A program made the position numbers and the translations under genes. Shown here piece by piece: positions 7,822 to 13,207 of a DNA stretch of 13,207 nucleotides. The DNA is from Candidatus Helarchaeota ASGARD archaeon Hel_GB_B (GTDB lineage: Archaea; Asgardarchaeota; Lokiarchaeia; Helarchaeales; HEL-GB-B), in contig SUPR01000093.1 in the NCBI GenBank assembly GCA_005191425.1, positions 1 to 13,207 on the forward strand. Direction: 5' to 3'. The notes beneath the pieces were generated by a model. That model saw only the letters and a list, made by a program, of their open reading frames with translations, had not been told where the DNA came from and made no database searches. Each line of letters starts with the position of its first letter. Within the stretch, counting starts at the first letter, position 1.

Positions 7822-8727
7822 ATGAAAAATTATAATTTTAATCCTTTGTTAGAAAAATTAAGAGAGAATAGATCTGCAGGTAATGGAAAATATGATTTTT
7901 TTGGAAGTATTAATAATATTAAAATTTTTTATCGTTATTTTTTACCAGCACAATTAAGGAAGATTGTTATTGTAGCTCATGGGGCAGGAGGAAATGGTGA
8001 TTACTATGTACTTCTTGCAGATCAATTATTTGAAGAAGGAATTGGAGTTTATATAATGGACTACAGGGGACATGGATATTCAGAGGGAGAGCATGGAGAT
8101 ATATAAGATTTTGATTTGATATTAAAAGACTTTAATTTTTTTATTAATTTGATAAGAAATAGGCATAAAGATATACCATTGTTTTTATTTGGGGAAAGTA
8201 TGGGAGCGCCGGTTATTATAAATTTTTTAGCAAAATATAAAGTTTCAATTAACGGAATTATTCTTTTTTCTCCTGCTGTTAAATTAAAACTCTCTTTAAA
8301 ACAAATTTTATCTGTAATACCATTATCATTAATTTATTTATTTGCTCCAGGTGTTCCAATTATTAATATGAATTCAGGAAGGAATTCCACTGGAATTTCA
8401 AATCCAATTCATTTAGAATATGATAGAACTGACGAACTACATTTGAAAAAAATAAGTATTAGATACTTATTAACATTGAATAAAATAATTAAAAAAGCAT
8501 TTAAACTCGCAAGTGTCATTACTCAGCCTATTTTAATTATACAAGGAGAGAACGATCCGGTCTTAAATATTGATGGAATAGAACAATTTTTTGACGAATG
8601 TTCGAGCAGAGACAAAGAATTAGTCATAATAAATAATGCAACACATGCCCTTTTTACTGATCCTAATGCCTGCTCTGATAAACAAAATATTTGGAAAATC
8701 TTAAAAGAATGGTTAGATAAACATTAA
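7822..8727 (+). pseudogene. Alpha/beta-fold hydrolase (lysophospholipase/monoacylglycerol lipase-like) interrupted by one in-frame TAA at 8104-8106
   Basis: ORFs 7774..8106 and 8116..8727 share a frame: ...DYRGHGYSEGEHGDI*DFDLILKDF... Motifs are VAHG (oxyanion), GESMG (nucleophile, 8191-8205), QGENDPV (Asp) and NATHALF (His). Likely start is ATG 7822, giving 301 codons if read through. Confidence 0.85.
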
Positions 8728-8799
8728 TTAATGATTATTTAAAAAATGAAAAAATAGTTTCTAAAACCGAGATGGATAAAATAAATTATTGTGATAAAA

Positions 8800-9639
8800 A
8801 TGAATGAAAAGAGAAATTGGAAAGAATCGATAATAGAGAAATGGAAATTAATATATATTATCATTTCATTATGGGTTATTTTAGCAACTATTTTTGGATT
8901 TTTTGATCTACAAATTTCAATTTCGTTAACAAATTTGAATAATATTCCAGGAAATCTAGGTATTTTTTTCTATAATTTTGGAAAATTTGGAGCAGATTAT
9001 GGGGAAGGGCCGGCATGGGGATTGATTTTTGTTGCATTAGGAATTTTAATTGGAAGTTATATTAATGATACTAAAAAACAAAAGGTTCCTATTTATTTTA
9101 TAGCAAATATATTTTTAGTTATTTTTATTATTGGAATTATAATTAATTCAGAAGATCTTATTTGGTATGGTGGATTCATCTCTTTTTCTGCATTAATTTT
9201 TCTAATTATATCTTTACATTCAAATTTGAAAAACTATAGAAATTTCGCTCTAATAATTGTTTTACTTGCAATAATAAATCCGCTATTGTTTGTCAATATT
9301 ACAAAATTTCTGTGCGGGCGAGTCAGGTTTAATGATTTAGCACCGGGTTATATAGGTTATACCCCTTGGTTTTTACCTCCAGGGCCCGACCCAAATAATC
9401 TATCATTTCCAAGTGGACATGCTGCAATGGGATGGATGCTATTACCACTCTTGATTTTATTAAAAGATAAAAAGAATATGTTAAAAATCTTAGGAATTAT
9501 CTTGGTATTTGGTTGGGGAATTTTTGTAAGTATTTCAAGAATAATTATCGGTGCACATTATGCATCAGATGTATTATTCTCGAGTAATGTTGCTTTTATT
9601 ACCACAATTTTTCTTTATAAAAAATTTTTTTTTAAATAG
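8800..9639 (+). CDS. PAP2-family integral membrane phosphatase (start ATG 8800; ORF track uses GTG 8791)
   Basis: C1 KFLCGRVRF, C2 SFPSGH and C3 SRIIIGAHYASDV are present with multiple TM helices. GTGAT at 8791-8795 could serve as SD for ATG 8800. Confidence 0.9.
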   Translation: MNEKRNWKESIIEKWKLIYIIISLWVILATIFGFFDLQISISLTNLNNIPGNLGIFFYNFGKFGADYGEGPAWGLIFVALGILIGSYINDTKKQKVPIYFIANIFLVIFIIGIIINSEDLIWYGGFISFSALIFLIISLHSNLKNYRNFALIIVLLAIINPLLFVNITKFLCGRVRFNDLAPGYIGYTPWFLPPGPDPNNLSFPSGHAAMGWMLLPLLILLKDKKNMLKILGIILVFGWGIFVSISRIIIGAHYASDVLFSSNVAFITTIFLYKKFFFK

Positions 9640-9785
9640 TAATTCAATTAATGTAAATAAAATTTAAAAGTGGATCAATGTTTAAAAACTAACTTTATCC
9701 TTAATTTTTGTAAATAAAAATTACCAATTATTTAATTTTAAAAGTTAAAAATAGCATTTTTAAAATCAAAATAGAAATTAATATT

Positions 9786-11198
9786 ATGAAAAATATTTTG
9801 GATTATTTCTTTAAGCCAAAATCTGTTGCAATTATTGGAGCATCTAATAATAAAATGAGTTGGGGAAACTGGGTAAGTCAAAATATTTTAGCTTATAAGA
9901 TGCAAAATCGAGGTGAAGTATATTTTATTAATAAAAAGGGAAACGATGTTCTTGGAGAACCAGCATATTATTCAATATCAGACATCCCAGGAACAATTGA
10001 TTTTGCTGTAATAATTGTGCCAAATAATAAAGTCCCAGAGATTTTAGAAGAATGCGGAAAAAAAAGAGTCAAGGTATGTACTGTTATAACAGGTGGATAT
10101 TCAGAAATACCTAAAGAGGAGTCCATAGAAGGTTATAAGTTCCAAGATCAATTGATTAAAATAAAGGAAAAATATAATATAAAAGTACAAGGGCCAAATT
10201 GTAATGGATTCTATAATGTTAAATGTGGAATAAATGTTAGCTCAATGCCGAATAAATTTTTAATTGATTCCCCAGTTGCACTAATAACACAATCAGGTTA
10301 TATTGGACAAGCTCTCTCATATTGGGGGTTTGGACGAAAATATACATTTGGAAAGTATATATCAACAGGAAATGAATTAGATTTAACAGTGACAGATTAT
10401 ATCGAATATTTTGGGAATGATCCATCAGTGAAGGTCATTTGTGTATATATTGAAGGTCTAAAAGATGGTATGCGATTTAAAAAAGTCTGTCAAGAAGTGG
10501 TTAAAAGAAAACCAATTTTAATATGGAAAACTAGCGACCATGAAGATGTTTCAAGGGCAGCAAAATCGCATACTGGAAAATTAGTAGGCAATAAACAAGT
10601 ATTTGATAGTGTTGTCAACCAGATCAGACTATTTCAAACTAAATATGTAGAACATTTTTTACCTGTTTCTTTCGGACTAATTAAACATCCACCATTATTA
10701 GGTAAAAAAATAGGGATAATGACATTTGGGGCAGGGTTTGGAGTGATATTGACTAACGCTATCGTTGATAATGGATTTGTAGTACCTGAATTCTCTCAAA
10801 ACATTAAATTAAAATTGAGAAAAATAATAAAGACAATTAGAGCTTCAGTTAAAAATCCGGTTGATATTGGAGCATCAGGTACTTATACCCAAGATGTTTA
10901 TTTACGAACTGCAAGAGTCCTTTTAAAATCAAATGAGATAGATTGCTTGATTGTGACAAATTTGGGGGAAAATGGTCTTGTTGTAGAAGAAGGACATGAA
11001 TTAGAAGATTATATTGCGCAAAAACTTCAAGAATATGAAATTAATTATAACAAACCAATTTTATTATTTACAATACTAACTTCTTTCGACAGCAAATCAG
11101 TAAAAAATATTGAATCACGAGGGCCAGTCTATCATAGAGTTAATGACCTTATTGAAACACTAAAAGCATTGTATTTTTATAATTTTTATCGACACTAA
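9786..11198 (+). CDS. ADP-forming acyl-CoA synthetase, alpha-subunit type (CoA-binding domain protein)
   Basis: FFKPKSVAIIGAS (CoA-binding Rossmann), GPNCNG, LITQSG, STGNELD, VYIEG, phospho-His motif SHTG and KNPVD are present. There is no ATP-grasp domain in the 470 aa. Confidence 0.88.
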   Translation: MKNILDYFFKPKSVAIIGASNNKMSWGNWVSQNILAYKMQNRGEVYFINKKGNDVLGEPAYYSISDIPGTIDFAVIIVPNNKVPEILEECGKKRVKVCTVITGGYSEIPKEESIEGYKFQDQLIKIKEKYNIKVQGPNCNGFYNVKCGINVSSMPNKFLIDSPVALITQSGYIGQALSYWGFGRKYTFGKYISTGNELDLTVTDYIEYFGNDPSVKVICVYIEGLKDGMRFKKVCQEVVKRKPILIWKTSDHEDVSRAAKSHTGKLVGNKQVFDSVVNQIRLFQTKYVEHFLPVSFGLIKHPPLLGKKIGIMTFGAGFGVILTNAIVDNGFVVPEFSQNIKLKLRKIIKTIRASVKNPVDIGASGTYTQDVYLRTARVLLKSNEIDCLIVTNLGENGLVVEEGHELEDYIAQKLQEYEINYNKPILLFTILTSFDSKSVKNIESRGPVYHRVNDLIETLKALYFYNFYRH

Positions 11199-11341
11199 AA
11201 ACCTCTTTACTTATTTTTGTTAAAAGTTAAAAATTAATTTTTAATTTTAAATTTTATTAAATGCTTAAAAATTCTACTAAACAGAAATAAAGCCAAATAA
11301 TATCACTGGTAAAAATAAAACAAATTAAATTATTATTAAAA
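11199..11341. terminator. Convergent intergenic region with T tracts on both strands and an 18-bp perfect A/T palindrome (11227-11244)
   Basis: The region lies between the convergent stops of the ligase and MFS genes. TTAAAAATTAATTTTTAA is self-complementary. Confidence 0.35.
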
Positions 11342-12616
11342 TTACCTTTTAGTTTCTCTGAAAGTAAATATTGCAATTATAAAAGCTATTATAGTCATTA
11401 TTGCAGTAATTAATATCATTGAATATAGGTCTAAACCAGTTAATATTAAAATCCCAAATAAAAGTGGAGCAATTGAGCCGCCAACTTCTCTAAAAGCTCT
11501 GAATATACCATAGGGCACGCCTCTTTTTTCTCTTAAAGTCATATCTGTAATTGAAGCCATTAAAGGTACTCTATAAGCGGAGACAGCTATAGTTAGAAAT
11601 ATTCCCATAATTATCAATGCAGACCATGCGTTATAAAGAGACAACGCTAGATACATTGCTATTAGTATAAAAAATGATGCAAAACAACCTATAAGTGCTA
11701 ATTTTTTCCTTCCAAATTTATCAGATAGCCAGCCCATTGGTGCAAACACAATTGCTAATGTTAAAACAGCTGGCAGTATAGTCAACATTGGAATTTCGTT
11801 AGAACTAAATCCAAAATTCTGAAATATTAATGGAAATATGGTAAATACAAGCCCAGACTCCTCTGCTTCAACAACAAATGCGAATACAAATAATGGAATA
11901 AAATTCTTCTCTTTCAATATATCCTTATAATTATTTATAGTAATTTTAGATTTATCAATTTTTACTTGATCACCAATTGGTTGTTTTGTTTCTCTAAACA
12001 CAAAAAAAGCCAATATAGCACCAATTATAAATGAAATAACACCTATTGTAAATGATTGTAAATATGTTAAATCTAATACAAATGATATAATTATTCCTAC
12101 AATCATTCCACTGATTAATGATACATCCCATAATGTTTCTGTTAATCCAATTTTATTATATTCTTCACCAGTATCTCCTGAAGATATTGTGATTGCTGTA
12201 TTGACTTGCCCTGTTTCCAAACCAAGAACTATAACTCCTGCTATGATACCTGAAAAAATAGCTATTTCATAACTAAAAAAATATGCCCATATTAAACTTA
12301 ATCCAGCAATTATTCCAATTGACAGACCAATTACTACTAATTTTCTTCTACCATATTTATCAGCTAAATATCCTGTAATCGGTGATATAGCTAATTTAGC
12401 TATAACATCAATACCTACTAAAATTGATGTTAATCCTTCAGCTACAACTTCTGAATATCCCAAATTATTTTCCAATAAAAATGAAATATATGGAGACAAT
12501 ATCGCCTTAATAGCACCTAAAGAGCCAAGACCTGCAAAAAATGTGGGAATTAATATTCTAAATAATGCTTTTTTATATGATTGATTAAAAGGTGTTCCCT
12601 GCCAAAATTTAACCAA
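11342..12616 (-). CDS. MFS transporter
   Basis: 424 aa with about 12 hydrophobic segments. MFS motif A occurs twice (GYLADKYGRRK, GWLSDKFGRKK). The TTG start is supported by SD-like AGGCGAT at 12621-12627 on the minus strand. Confidence 0.92.
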   Translation of the reverse strand: MVKFWQGTPFNQSYKKALFRILIPTFFAGLGSLGAIKAILSPYISFLLENNLGYSEVVAEGLTSILVGIDVIAKLAISPITGYLADKYGRRKLVVIGLSIGIIAGLSLIWAYFFSYEIAIFSGIIAGVIVLGLETGQVNTAITISSGDTGEEYNKIGLTETLWDVSLISGMIVGIIISFVLDLTYLQSFTIGVISFIIGAILAFFVFRETKQPIGDQVKIDKSKITINNYKDILKEKNFIPLFVFAFVVEAEESGLVFTIFPLIFQNFGFSSNEIPMLTILPAVLTLAIVFAPMGWLSDKFGRKKLALIGCFASFFILIAMYLALSLYNAWSALIIMGIFLTIAVSAYRVPLMASITDMTLREKRGVPYGIFRAFREVGGSIAPLLFGILILTGLDLYSMILITAIMTIIAFIIAIFTFRETKR

Positions 12617-12727
12617 TTTAATCGCCTTTTATATTAAATGATATGTTTTTTACATTCAAATAAATATATTTACCTAAGAGTTTTTATAAAAAACCTTTGC
12701 CCGACAAAAATGTATAAATATTTCCAT

Positions 12728-12910
12728 TTATTTATTTTTCCAGTGAAATTTGAAAAGATTTTTAATTTCAAGATAAGTTTGCATATTTTCTTGAATGTTT
12801 AAATTAGAAATCATTTCTTTATATAATAAATGTATAAGAAAATCTTTTATAGTTCCATCATGTTCTGTATAAGCTTTTTCTTTTAATTGATTAATCTCCC
12901 AGAATTCCAT
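12728..12910 (-). CDS. Hypothetical 60-aa protein
   Basis: ATG start with GGTGA SD (minus strand, 12918-12922) 7 nt upstream, TAA stop and protein-like composition. It is co-oriented with the MFS gene and upstream of it. I recognise no family. Confidence 0.55.
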   Translation of the reverse strand: MEFWEINQLKEKAYTEHDGTIKDFLIHLLYKEMISNLNIQENMQTYLEIKNLFKFHWKNK

Positions 12911-13207
12911 TAAATGGTCACCAAATTATTTTCATTATATTATTCATTTCAATTTAATGTGTCGAACTTTAGTCAATTATTGATTATTAAAAAAGTTGGA
13001 AAAATAATTAATTCAGATTTAAATCTTACAATTCCGTCCCAATCTTGGATTATATGGTTTTATTTACTTATTCGTTTTACAAATACAGCACTTTCAGAGA
13101 TTATTAAGGTAATTTGTTTATGATCCTACTGAATCTAAAAATTTAAATAGAAGGACTTATTACAAAATCCTTTGCTTTTATTATTACCAATTTTTTCCTT
13201 TTAATTT

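Noticed and set aside
10237-10425. Minus-strand 62-aa ORF
   Set aside because: It lies entirely within the acyl-CoA ligase gene on the opposite strand and has no supporting features.
196-12910. Genome-wide genetic code 4 (UGA=Trp)
   Set aside because: An AT-rich code-4 genome would be expected to use TGA for Trp frequently. Here all other Trp codons in long ORFs are TGG and only one in-frame TGA is seen.
12914-13123. Plus-strand 69-aa ORF
   Set aside because: It has no SD, its start overlaps the SD of the better-supported minus-strand ORF, and it has no recognisable motif.
13151-13172. Short hairpin AAGGA…TCCTT
   Set aside because: The stem is only 5-8 bp with a wobble or mismatch, which is expected by chance.
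12911-13207. Possible degraded minus-strand gene (…ITLIISESAVFVKRISK*NHIIQDWDGIVRFKSELIIFPTF…)
   Set aside because: The frame has many stops, at about the density expected for random AT-rich DNA, and I recognise no family. A translated homology search would be needed to revive it.
1-13207. CRISPR array, tRNA/rRNA, IS element or integrase
   Set aside because: There are no regularly spaced repeats, no GC-rich structured islands, and no transposase or recombinase motifs or terminal inverted repeats.

Overview
This is a very AT-rich chromosomal window, most likely archaeal. Support for that: GGTGA/AGGTGAT-type Shine-Dalgarno sites, oligo-T 3' tracts, a PGF-CTERM-like anchor and an AcdA-type acyl-CoA ligase. 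The multi-PAS kinase and overall style suggest an Asgard lineage, but that is inference only. Plus strand, in order: a secreted tandem lamin-tail-domain (LTD) surface protein with a C-terminal PGF anchor, broken by one in-frame TGA at a conserved Trp position; a crotonase/enoyl-CoA hydratase with an unusual insertion and short C-terminus; a soluble PAS-GAF-PAS-PAS histidine kinase; an enlarged ECF S component; a small membrane protein of unknown family; an alpha/beta hydrolase (lysophospholipase-like) broken by one in-frame TAA; a PAP2 phosphatase; and an ADP-forming acyl-CoA synthetase alpha subunit. Minus strand: an MFS transporter and a 60-aa ORF with a good SD. I see no rRNA, tRNA, CRISPR array or mobile element. 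The ORF track splits two genes, and in both cases the break is a single in-frame stop rather than a frameshift. The 7.1-12.6 kb block reads like a loose lipid/acyl-scavenging neighbourhood. No clearly new multi-gene system can be proven from sequence alone.
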